Shown: positions 1 to 8,090 of the stretch, one piece after another | Numbering within the stretch: position 1 is the stretch's first letter | How the letters are laid out: each line of letters starts with the position of its first letter | DNA from: Candidatus Eiseniibacteriota bacterium | GTDB taxonomy: Bacteria > Eisenbacteria > RBG-16-71-46 > JABDJR01 | Length of the DNA: 64,000 nt | NCBI GenBank assembly: GCA_963762255.1 | Contig: CAVXKA010000001.1 | Span: 256,001-320,000 of the forward strand | Direction of reading: 5' to 3' | Position numbers and translations under genes: made by a program | Notes under the pieces: model-generated | Told to the model about the DNA's origin: nothing | Databases searched by the model: none | What the model saw: only the letters and a program-made list of their open reading frames with translations

Positions 1-1573
1 TGACCGCGTAGATGCCGTCCCCCGCCGTCTGGTCGGGCGAGACACCGTTATCGGCCATGAAGATCCCCGGGGTGGCGAAGCTCGGAAGCGGCGCCTGGTC
101 GCCGGTCACCCCTACCGTGTCGAGCGGTCCGGGCCCGAACAGGTTCGCGTTGACGCGGAAGAAAACGTCGATGGGGTGCTGGATCACGGCGTCGGGGTTG
201 TCGTCGTTCCAGAAGGCGCGCAGCGTGTCACTGCTTCCGGTGTCGCTGGTGACCAGGAACTGACGGTTGGAGCGCGGCTCGAAACCCTGCACGTGGTGGA
301 GGAATTTCCACTCGAGCGTGGCCTCCGCCTTGCCGGTCAGCGTGCTCTTCGAAACGCTCATCGGCACCGTCGTCACGTAGACCGAGTCCACGTCCGGGTC
401 CAGCATCAGCGCGTTGTCCTTGGTCGGATTGAACGTCAAGGGGACCAGGCTCCCCTCGATGAAGAAGGAGTCGGGCGGGCTCGAGTGGGTGATCATGAAG
501 ACGCTCATGTCCCCTTCGAACCGCAGGCGCTTCAGGATGAACGACTTCTTGTTCCCCACGCCGTCGTTGACGATCGGGTTCCCGGCCTGATCCTGAACGT
601 TGGTCACGGTCACGTCGTAGAAGCTCGCCGAGGGCGATGCGTTGGAGCCCAGGGTCAAGTGGACGATGGCGGCGTTGGAGCCGTCCACTACCGCACCGGT
701 CACGGTGTAGGTGGCGGGACCGGCGTGAACCGCGTAGTTCGTCGGGGTGGTGGCGCCGGTGCCCACCGGCTCATTGAACTCCACGTCGATCTTGTTGGTG
801 GACGTGGCGATCTGCTTCTGCGCGTCGACGGTGAACCCGGTCGCCTTGGCGCTCTGCAGCAGGGGCGGGGTGGTGTCGGAGGTTCCCTGCACCACAAAGG
901 TCATCATGCAGCTCATCTCCACCGGGACGGTCACGTCCCAGGTCGTGCTGCTCGGGGTGGAAAGCTGGACGGCGTCGCTGCACATGGCGTCCAGCGGGCC
1001 CTTGGTGGTGCCGTCCTGGGTGACCCAGAACTCGACGTGGAGGGTGTCACCCGCACCCACGCCCAGCGTGCTGAGAGAGATCTTCCCCTCGGTGAAGGTG
1101 CCGTCGGCCATCCCCAACCCGTTCGGCCCATCGCTCACCACGGTCCAGGCCGCGCCGCCCCATTGGTAGAGCACCTCGTAGTTGTACGAGTTGCAGGAGG
1201 TGGGGACGACGTCGTAGAGATAGAAGTCCGGCTTCTTGGGCACGGTGTTCCACGCGATCTTGCGCGAGAACGCATCGGTGGGGCCGCCGGCCACCGTGTT
1301 CTTATCGATGGCCAGTCCCAGGTTGATATCGCACCACGTGCCGTGGTCGTAGTCGAAGCCGAAGTAGAGGAAGTTGGTGTCGTTGGTCAGGTAGATGTTG
1401 CCCTGATCCAACTGGGTGAACTGGGTGTCACCCCCGTCCGCGTCCAGCAAGTTGGCGACGTTGAAGTCGTTGGTGCCGTCCACGACGATCGTTTGCGGAA
1501 CGAAAGCCCACGCCGGCGCCGCCAAGAGCAGAGCAGCGAAGAGCGGGAGCAAAGACGCGCGCAGAGTGCTCAT
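1..1573 (-). CDS. Secreted multidomain protein (signal peptide, DOMON/CBM9-like domain, Ig-like domain, CBM-like and choice-of-anchor-X-like segments); runs off the left edge
   Basis: Not in the ORF track because no stop lies inside the window. Manual translation from ATG 1573 (GGAGG RBS upstream): MSTLRASLLPLFAALLLAAPAWAFVPQTIVVDGTNDF...NIYLTNDTNFLYFGFD...; near the edge MADNGVSPDQTAGDGIYAV. Confidence 0.8.
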   Translation of the reverse strand, partial: MSTLRASLLPLFAALLLAAPAWAFVPQTIVVDGTNDFNVANLLDADGGDTQFTQLDQGNIYLTNDTNFLYFGFDYDHGTWCDINLGLAIDKNTVAGGPTDAFSRKIAWNTVPKKPDFYLYDVVPTSCNSYNYEVLYQWGGAAWTVVSDGPNGLGMADGTFTEGKISLSTLGVGAGDTLHVEFWVTQDGTTKGPLDAMCSDAVQLSTPSSTTWDVTVPVEMSCMMTFVVQGTSDTTPPLLQSAKATGFTVDAQKQIATSTNKIDVEFNEPVGTGATTPTNYAVHAGPATYTVTGAVVDGSNAAIVHLTLGSNASPSASFYDVTVTNVQDQAGNPIVNDGVGNKKSFILKRLRFEGDMSVFMITHSSPPDSFFIEGSLVPLTFNPTKDNALMLDPDVDSVYVTTVPMSVSKSTLTGKAEATLEWKFLHHVQGFEPRSNRQFLVTSDTGSSDTLRAFWNDDNPDAVIQHPIDVFFRVNANLFGPGPLDTVGVTGDQAPLPSFATPGIFMADNGVSPDQTAGDGIYAV

Positions 1574-1646
1574 TTCGAACCTCCCCCAACCGGGTCGGAC
1601 ATCCGTCCGACGGATGCGAAGCCTGCGGGTCGCTAGTGTGGCGTGG

Positions 1647-1660
1647 TTTGACCGGTCCAA
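1647..1660. promoter_or_regulatory. LacI-family operator copy 1 (TTTGACCGGTCCAA)
   Basis: Near-perfect 14-bp palindrome with central CG; matches copies at 14186 and 15347; lies downstream of a sigma70-like promoter. Confidence 0.75.
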
Positions 1661-1690
1661 CAGAGCGAGTTGGGCGACCGGTGAAGCGAC

Positions 1691-1720
1691 ATTTTACTTC
1701 ATTTGGGGGGTTCGCGTCAA
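1691..1720 (-). promoter_or_regulatory. sigma70-like promoter for the 1..1573 gene
   Basis: Minus strand TTGACG-18 nt-TAAAAT. Confidence 0.6.
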
Positions 1721-1837
1721 CGATGCAGCGCGCGCTGCCAGCGCCATAACATCATGTTAAATAATCATTTACAAGAACATGAGAGGTCGGTTCTCCCGTC
1801 CCCCGGACGAAGCCGGGGGCGAGCCTAGCGCCCTCGG

Positions 1838-2677
1838 CTAGCCCTTCACGCCGCCGAGCGTCAACCCGCTCACGAGGAAGCGATTGAGGACAAGGAACAG
1901 CACCACCACCGGGATCGAGACCAGCACGCTACCCGCCGCGTAGTTGGCCCATTCGGTCTGAAACGTCCCGGCCAGGGCCTCCAGCCCCAAGGGAAGGGTG
2001 AAGAGGTTCTGGTTGGACAGAACGACGCGGGCCACGATGAACTCGGACCATGCCGCCATGAACGAGAAGAGCGCGGTGATGGTGAGTGCGGGCAAAGAGA
2101 GCGGGAGCACGATCCTCACGAACGCTCCCATCGGCGTCAGGCCGTCGATGAGCGCGGCCTCCTCAAGATCTCGGGGTATGGAATCGTAGTACCCCTTCAT
2201 CGTCCACACGCAGAACGGCAGTGCCGTGGTCACGTAGACGATCATGAGCCCCATGAGCGAGTTCAGGAGATTCAGCTTCTGCAGCAGCAGGTACATGGGA
2301 AGGAGGAGCATCGTGGCCGGGAACATCTGGGTGATCAGGAACGACGTGAGGCCGATCCGGTGCCCGGGGAAGCGGAATCGGCTGAACGCGTAGCCCGAGG
2401 TGGCCGCCAGCGCCACCCCGATCAGGGTCACCGAAAGCGATACGATGAGGCTGTTTTTGAGCCAGAGCAGGAAGGGCTTCTCGAAGAGGATGATCCGGTA
2501 CGCCTTGAAGCTCGCTCCTTCCGGGATCAGCCGCAGCGAGGTCGAATAGAGCTGGTCCCCGGGGCGCAGGGAAATCCCGATGATCTGGAGGATCGGGTAG
2601 AGGGTGAGAAGCGTCACCACGATGAGAGTCGCGTGGACCAGCGCCCGCTGCCACCGGGGGGCCTTGATCTCCCCCAT
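1838..2677 (-). CDS. malG: Maltose/maltodextrin ABC transporter permease
   Basis: EAA loop (LEEAALIDG), QMFP and WSEFIVA motifs, C-terminal GLTLGGVKG typical of MalG. Confidence 0.9.
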   Translation of the reverse strand: MGEIKAPRWQRALVHATLIVVTLLTLYPILQIIGISLRPGDQLYSTSLRLIPEGASFKAYRIILFEKPFLLWLKNSLIVSLSVTLIGVALAATSGYAFSRFRFPGHRIGLTSFLITQMFPATMLLLPMYLLLQKLNLLNSLMGLMIVYVTTALPFCVWTMKGYYDSIPRDLEEAALIDGLTPMGAFVRIVLPLSLPALTITALFSFMAAWSEFIVARVVLSNQNLFTLPLGLEALAGTFQTEWANYAAGSVLVSIPVVVLFLVLNRFLVSGLTLGGVKG

Positions 2678-3555
2678 CAGTACACCGACTCCGTGCCCCG
2701 GGAGAAGCGCATGGTGATGAACACGAAGGCCAGCAACAGGAGGAAGATCACGATGGAAAACGCGGCGGCGTACCCGTAGCGGTACAGGGTGAATGCCTCG
2801 TTGTAGACGTAGGTGACCAGAATGTGGCTCTTATTGGCGGGCTTTCCGCCGTTGGTCACCAGCCAGATCACGTTGAGGTTGTTGAAGGTCCAGATGGTGC
2901 CGAGAACGATGGCCGGCACCAGCACCGGCTTCAGGAGCGGCAGCGTCACGTGGCGCAGCTTCCGCCACCAGTTGGCGCCGTCGATGGCGGCCACCTCATA
3001 GAGCTCGTGGGGGATCGACTGGAGCCCCCCGAGCGCAATCACCATCATGAACGGAAAGCCGAGCCAGATATTGGCGATGATGGCGGCGCTGAAGGCGCCG
3101 GTGGCGTCGGAGAGCCAGGGCACTTGCGGCAAACCGAACTTGTGGAGCCACAAGTTCACCGCCCCGTACTCGTAGTTGAAGAGTCCCCGCCAGGTCAGCG
3201 CAGAAATGTACTGCGGGATGGCCCAGGGGAGAATCAAGAGCGCCCGGTACGCCCATTGGCCGCGGATGGGGCGATTGAGCAAGATGGCCAGGGCGACACC
3301 GAAGGTGACGTGGAAGAAGAGGTTCACCACCGTCCACACCACCGTCTTCAGGAACACCCAGTACATCGGCGCGCTCGTGAAGAGTTCCACGAAGTTCCGC
3401 AATCCGACGAACTCGGGGTTGCGGAACGTGTAGAGGTTCATGTTGGAGAAGGCGATGCGGAAGTTGTAGAGGAACGGGTAGGCCACGACCAGGACCATGA
3501 CCAGGATGGACGGCAGGACGAGGGCGTAAGCGAGAGGAATGCTGCGACGGTTCAT
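2677..3555 (-). CDS. malF: Maltodextrin ABC transporter permease (MalF/MalC type)
   Basis: LILPWAIP, WLGFPFMM, LQSIPHELYEVAAIDGA, FNNLNVIWL motifs; coupled to neighbours. Confidence 0.9.
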   Translation of the reverse strand: MNRRSIPLAYALVLPSILVMVLVVAYPFLYNFRIAFSNMNLYTFRNPEFVGLRNFVELFTSAPMYWVFLKTVVWTVVNLFFHVTFGVALAILLNRPIRGQWAYRALLILPWAIPQYISALTWRGLFNYEYGAVNLWLHKFGLPQVPWLSDATGAFSAAIIANIWLGFPFMMVIALGGLQSIPHELYEVAAIDGANWWRKLRHVTLPLLKPVLVPAIVLGTIWTFNNLNVIWLVTNGGKPANKSHILVTYVYNEAFTLYRYGYAAAFSIVIFLLLLAFVFITMRFSRGTESVY

Positions 3556-4838
3556 CGCTTCATGGACTCGATCTTCTCCACCGCGTCCGCCTGCATGTCG
3601 TGCGCCGCCGCCTCGGGAGTCTTGCTCCCGTTCATCACCGCCTGCATGTTCGGGCGCATGGCGTCCCAGATCACCCGCATCTCAGGCACCACCGGCATGC
3701 GACGCCCTACCTTCCACTGCTCCAGCGATGCCAGCAGCGTTGCGTCGCCGCGAATCTCCGGCCGGTCGTAGGCGGCTTGGATGCTGGGGAGAATGCCCAG
3801 CTCGACCCCGAACCGCGCGGAAATGTCGGCCGAGGTGAGGTAGTCCAGCAGTTCTTTCACCACCGCCTCCTTGGCGGCGGGGAGGTTCACGTTCACCGAG
3901 TATCCCTTGCTCCCGATCATGGGCGCGGCCCAGGGTCCACCGGGCTCCGCGCGCGGGATGCGGGCGAGCTTGAACGGCACCCCGGCCTGCTGGTAATCGC
4001 GGAAGGACCAGGGACCGTTCACGATCATGGCCACCTTGCTCCCCTTGAACAGAGTGTCCATGAGTTGGTAGTCGCACTCCCTGGGCATGACCTCGTATTT
4101 GTCGCGCAACTCCCGGAGGAACGTCAGAGCCTTCACGGTGGCCGGACTGTCGAGGGTGGGCCGCCGCTCGGCGTCCATAACCCAGCCCCCGTAAGCCGTG
4201 ATGAAGGGAACGAGCCAGAAGGGCTCGTTGAACTCGAAGGCCAGCCCGTACACATCGACGCGTCCCGACGACTTCTTCATGGCCGCCTGGGCCGCCCGGA
4301 TCAGGTCCGCGAAGGTCTCGGGCGGGGTGCCGACCAGTTCCGTGTTGTAGAGCAGGTTCAAGTGGTTGCCGACCTGGTCGGGAAGCGCCCACACGTGTCC
4401 ATCAAGGGTATCGAGCGCGGCGGGCAGGAACCGCGCCCATGTCGCGGGGGGCAGGAACTCATCGAGCGGGCGGATGATCTGGAGAATGGAGAACGGACCT
4501 ACCTGGTCCGACGGACCGTACACGAGATCCGGTCCCCCACCGGCCAGCGCGGCGGTCTGGTACTGGCTGCGCAGGTTCTCGGTGTCGTAGTGCACGAGCG
4601 AGACCGTCAGCCCCGGGTGGCTCGCCTGGTACTCGGCGAGGATCGCCTCCATCACCGCCTTCTCCTGCGGGTCGCGCTGCTCCCAGATGACGATCTCCAC
4701 CGGGCCGGCGGGCTTGTCTCCCCCGCTCTTCTTGCCGCCGCATCCGCTAAGAAGCAGACCCGGGATCGCGGCCAGAAGCACCAGGGCCGCCGCGAACCCG
4801 TGACCGAGCCGTGACCTGTGCCGGAGTCGCATGGGCAT
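3552..4838 (-). CDS. malE: Maltodextrin-binding lipoprotein (extracellular solute-binding protein family 1)
   Basis: Lipobox LLSGC; GPDLVYGPSDQVG, AMIVNGPW, MPVVPEMRVIW motifs of the MalE/MalX family; start placed at ATG 4838 (or 4832). Confidence 0.85.
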   Translation of the reverse strand: MPMRLRHRSRLGHGFAAALVLLAAIPGLLLSGCGGKKSGGDKPAGPVEIVIWEQRDPQEKAVMEAILAEYQASHPGLTVSLVHYDTENLRSQYQTAALAGGGPDLVYGPSDQVGPFSILQIIRPLDEFLPPATWARFLPAALDTLDGHVWALPDQVGNHLNLLYNTELVGTPPETFADLIRAAQAAMKKSSGRVDVYGLAFEFNEPFWLVPFITAYGGWVMDAERRPTLDSPATVKALTFLRELRDKYEVMPRECDYQLMDTLFKGSKVAMIVNGPWSFRDYQQAGVPFKLARIPRAEPGGPWAAPMIGSKGYSVNVNLPAAKEAVVKELLDYLTSADISARFGVELGILPSIQAAYDRPEIRGDATLLASLEQWKVGRRMPVVPEMRVIWDAMRPNMQAVMNGSKTPEAAAHDMQADAVEKIESMKR

Positions 4839-4845
4839 TCCCTTC

Positions 4846-5322
4846 TTAAGGAACAACGAGCAACGAGTTCTTGCCGCCGTACCCATCGTCGGCGGACTCC
4901 GGGTTCGCGGGGTCCGTCTTCCACTCGGAGCCGTTCACCACGAACTTGTATTGGTAGCTCCCGGGATCCAGAGGCTTCACGACAAACCACACTCCACCAT
5001 CCCCCTTCGTCAAGGGATCAGCCGAGGTGTTCCAACTGTTGAAGGTCCCGGCGAGGCTCACGTTGGCGGCGCTGGGGGCACTGAGCGTGAACCGCCACCC
5101 CGCGTCGGTCTTGGTGGGAGCCTGGGCGGCGCCACCTGCTTGGGCCTGGCCCGCCGGAGCCTGTACCGCCGGGGCGGCCGGAGCCGCGCCTCCGCTCGGT
5201 TGAGCGAGGCCGGGGTACGGGCGCGTGCGATCGCAACCCGAGGCCACGAGCAGAAGGGCCAGAGCTGCCGCGATGCCCGGAAGAACGCGGCCGCTCACCG
5301 ACAAGATCGTGCGTGACTTCAT
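4846..5322 (-). CDS. CBM48/AMPK-type glycogen-binding lipoprotein
   Basis: Lipobox VASGC, Ala/Pro/Gln linker, VSLAGTFNSW...GVW...GSYQYKFVVNG.EWKTDPAN...DDGYGGKNS; ATG 5322 with GGAGG. Confidence 0.85.
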   Translation of the reverse strand: MKSRTILSVSGRVLPGIAAALALLLVASGCDRTRPYPGLAQPSGGAAPAAPAVQAPAGQAQAGGAAQAPTKTDAGWRFTLSAPSAANVSLAGTFNSWNTSADPLTKGDGGVWFVVKPLDPGSYQYKFVVNGSEWKTDPANPESADDGYGGKNSLLVVP

Positions 5323-5383
5323 GGATGTCCTCCATCGAGGCGGGGCGAGCGGCTTCATGCCGCCCACCCGCGCCGGCGAGGGA

Positions 5384-7633
5384 TCATTGCTGAGCTACGG
5401 TGAACTGCTGGCGCCGCTCGTCGAGGGTGAAGACATACGTCCCCGTCCCCGGGAACTGCACCTTGAGCGCGGTCCCTTGCCCGCTCACCGGCCGCACCGG
5501 GAACGTCCCGGGGAGCGTGAGCAGCGTGTTCTCGTCACCGCCGTAATCTGGCGGGGTGTCGAACGCGCCGTCGGTCAGGAACTTGAAGAACTTCGGCGCC
5601 CCGATCATATCCGCCGTGATCGCGAGCGTGACCGTCCACACGCAAGGCGGGGACTCGACCATCTGCGGGGCCTCGGCGGGATCCCACGAGGTGAACTCGC
5701 CGACGATCTGGATCGTGTTGAAGGCCGAAGTCCCGGCCGCCAGGGTGATGCTGCCCAGGTCCACATTGGCGCCCGCCACCGCCACACCGGAGCGGGTCTC
5801 TTTGACGAAGCAGGGAGAGGAGATCTCCACCTTGTACGTGCCGTTGGGCAGCGTCTGGAATCGGAACGTCCGCGCGGACGCGTCGCTCTTGACCGTGGCC
5901 AGCGGCGTTGTGGCCGTGCCCTGGTACAGGTCCACCGTCGCCTGCGGGTAGGGGCCGGTGGAAAGACCCGCGAACGCTACCGTCCCGGTGATCCCGCCGG
6001 TGGGCACGGTTCCCAAAAGGGTCGCGGAGAACTCGAGCCCGGACTCGTCGAGCCGGAACACGTAGTCCCCACCGGTCAGCACCGAGATCTTGAGCGCCGT
6101 CCCCTGACCGGAAACTGGCATCACGGCATAAGTCCCCGGCAGAGGCAGTGTCTCGCTCTCCGATCCGCCGTAGTCCAGCGGGCTGTCGAAGGCGCCGCCG
6201 GTGACGAACTTGAAGTTGTAGGTACCGGGTTGAATGGTGAGGGTGTCGACCCAGACGCAGTTCGGGAGTTTGGTCATGGACGGGAATTGCAGGCTCCACG
6301 CGTTGAAATCGCCCAGAACCTGGATCTTCGTGAACGCGCTCTCGCAGCCAGGCACCAGGGTGATCGTCCCGATATCGAAGACCTCGCCCCTCACGTACGC
6401 GACCGCGTTATGGCGCCCCTCGAGGTACCCCGGTGCGGTGACGACGACGTCGTAGTTCCCGCTGTTGAGCCCCTTGAAGGCGAACGCGCTGTCGGTCTCC
6501 GCGCTTGCCAGAACCGTCGTCGTTCCCGCGGTCCGGACCTTCACGGTGGCGGTGGGCCGTGTCGAAGGATGATCGGCGAACTGCACCACGCCGCTCAAAC
6601 TGCCGGTCAACTCGGCCAGGGTAATTGCGCCGAGATCCGTGTCCTGGCCGTTGGTGAAGGCCACGCCGGTTCGGCGCTCCTGCGCGAAATCGGTCGCGGT
6701 GATCACGACGTCGTAGCTGCCGGTCGCCAACCCAACGAATGCAAACGCGCTGTCGGTCTGCGCGCTCTGCACCTCCGTCGAGGATCCCGCGTTGAAGACC
6801 GTGACCGTGGCTTGCGGCCGCGGGCGCGGATTCCCCTGGAAGAGCACCACACCCTTGAGCGCTCCACCGGGCACTTCGAGCGTGACGTCACCCAGGCGAG
6901 ATTCCCGATTATGCCGGACGACGATACCACCGAGGCGCTGCGTCAGGTACCCGGGGCTCGTCACCGTGACCTCGTAGAGCCCGACCCCGACATCGATGAA
7001 GCTGAACTCGCCGGTCTGAGGATCGGTGGAGGCGATCAACGAACCCGCCTCCGCCCCCGGAGGGGTGATGGAGAACTCGCCCGTCCCCTCGTTCAGCACG
7101 ATCTGGTATTCCCCGGCGGTCTTCACCGAGATCTTGAGTGCGGTTCCCTGCCCCGAGACAGGGAGGGCGGGATAGGTTCCGGGCACGACCAGCACATCGT
7201 TTTCGCTTCCGCCGTAGTCGGGCGGACTGTCGAACGCCCCTTCGGTGACGAATTTGAACAAGTACGTGCCGGCCTGGATGGTCAGGGTGTCGATCCAGAC
7301 GCACTCCTGATCCTTGGTCATGAGCGGAGCCAGGGTCAGATCCCACGAGGTGAACTCGCCGGCGATCTGGATCTTGGTGAACTGGCTCTGACACACCCCC
7401 GCCGAGGGGGCGGCCACCACCACGCGGGCGCTGGGATAGGGCGGCGTACCGAGTCCCTGGAACACGACGCGTCCCACGATGTCCCCGCTGCCGCCGGGGC
7501 CCTCGATGCGCGTGACATCGGGGTTGTCCCCGCAGCCACCGAGCCATCCCAGGACGGCCGTCACGAGGAGCGCCGCGGCGATTCGAGTCGCCCGTCGCCG
7601 GGTCCTATGCAAAGGATCGGATGCCATCCACAT
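5384..7633 (-). CDS. Large lipoprotein with carboxypeptidase-regulatory-like (Cna-B-like) domains and three SusE/F-like starch-binding repeats
   Basis: Lipobox LGGC; three repeats IQI.G.F..W...M....CVW..TL.I...FKF.T.GAFD.P.DYGG.E...LKI; true start ATG 7633 (ORF track over-extends). Confidence 0.8.
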   Translation of the reverse strand: MWMASDPLHRTRRRATRIAAALLVTAVLGWLGGCGDNPDVTRIEGPGGSGDIVGRVVFQGLGTPPYPSARVVVAAPSAGVCQSQFTKIQIAGEFTSWDLTLAPLMTKDQECVWIDTLTIQAGTYLFKFVTEGAFDSPPDYGGSENDVLVVPGTYPALPVSGQGTALKISVKTAGEYQIVLNEGTGEFSITPPGAEAGSLIASTDPQTGEFSFIDVGVGLYEVTVTSPGYLTQRLGGIVVRHNRESRLGDVTLEVPGGALKGVVLFQGNPRPRPQATVTVFNAGSSTEVQSAQTDSAFAFVGLATGSYDVVITATDFAQERRTGVAFTNGQDTDLGAITLAELTGSLSGVVQFADHPSTRPTATVKVRTAGTTTVLASAETDSAFAFKGLNSGNYDVVVTAPGYLEGRHNAVAYVRGEVFDIGTITLVPGCESAFTKIQVLGDFNAWSLQFPSMTKLPNCVWVDTLTIQPGTYNFKFVTGGAFDSPLDYGGSESETLPLPGTYAVMPVSGQGTALKISVLTGGDYVFRLDESGLEFSATLLGTVPTGGITGTVAFAGLSTGPYPQATVDLYQGTATTPLATVKSDASARTFRFQTLPNGTYKVEISSPCFVKETRSGVAVAGANVDLGSITLAAGTSAFNTIQIVGEFTSWDPAEAPQMVESPPCVWTVTLAITADMIGAPKFFKFLTDGAFDTPPDYGGDENTLLTLPGTFPVRPVSGQGTALKVQFPGTGTYVFTLDERRQQFTVAQQ

Positions 7634-7671
7634 GCCCTGTCCCTCTTCCCGGTCCGCGCGGGACCGGTGGG

Positions 7672-8073
7672 TCAATCGACAATCAAGAGCGAGTTGAAAC
7701 CGCCGTATCCGTCGTCCTTGCGCTGGGGATTGTTGGGATCTTCCTTCCAGTTGTTCTCGTCGACGACGAACTTGTACTCGTAGCGTCCCGGCGGGAGGTG
7801 TTCGCGCCGTTCCCAGATGCCATCCCCATCCGGATCTTCCATCTTGCCCACCTGGTAGGTGCCGGTCTGCGCCTGGCCGCCGAGCCAGTTGTTCTCGGGC
7901 CAGTTGCCGGCGAGCTGAACCACACGGGCCGCCGGCGCCTGAAAGCGGAACAGTACGGTCCCGTCCGATTGACGGGTGGGAGGCGGCAGCCGCTTCTTGA
8001 TGAAGTTGAGGCCGCAGCCGGTCTGTCCCGCCGCCAGGGCGATCAGGATCAGACCGAGAACGAGCTTGCGCAT
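7672..8073 (-). CDS. Small CBM48 glycogen-binding lipoprotein
   Basis: Lipobox-like QTGC; VQLAGNW, GDGIW, GRYEYKFVVD..NWKEDPNN, DDGYGGFNS. Confidence 0.85.
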   Translation of the reverse strand: MRKLVLGLILIALAAGQTGCGLNFIKKRLPPPTRQSDGTVLFRFQAPAARVVQLAGNWPENNWLGGQAQTGTYQVGKMEDPDGDGIWERREHLPPGRYEYKFVVDENNWKEDPNNPQRKDDGYGGFNSLLIVD

Positions 8074-8090
8074 GAAAGATCACCTCTCCA

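Noticed and set aside
1742-1772. GCGCCATAACATCATGTTAAAT resembling a dif/Xer site
   Set aside because: The XerD-like arm is present but the spacer is 2 bp instead of 6; more likely an AT-rich promoter-upstream or IHF-like element
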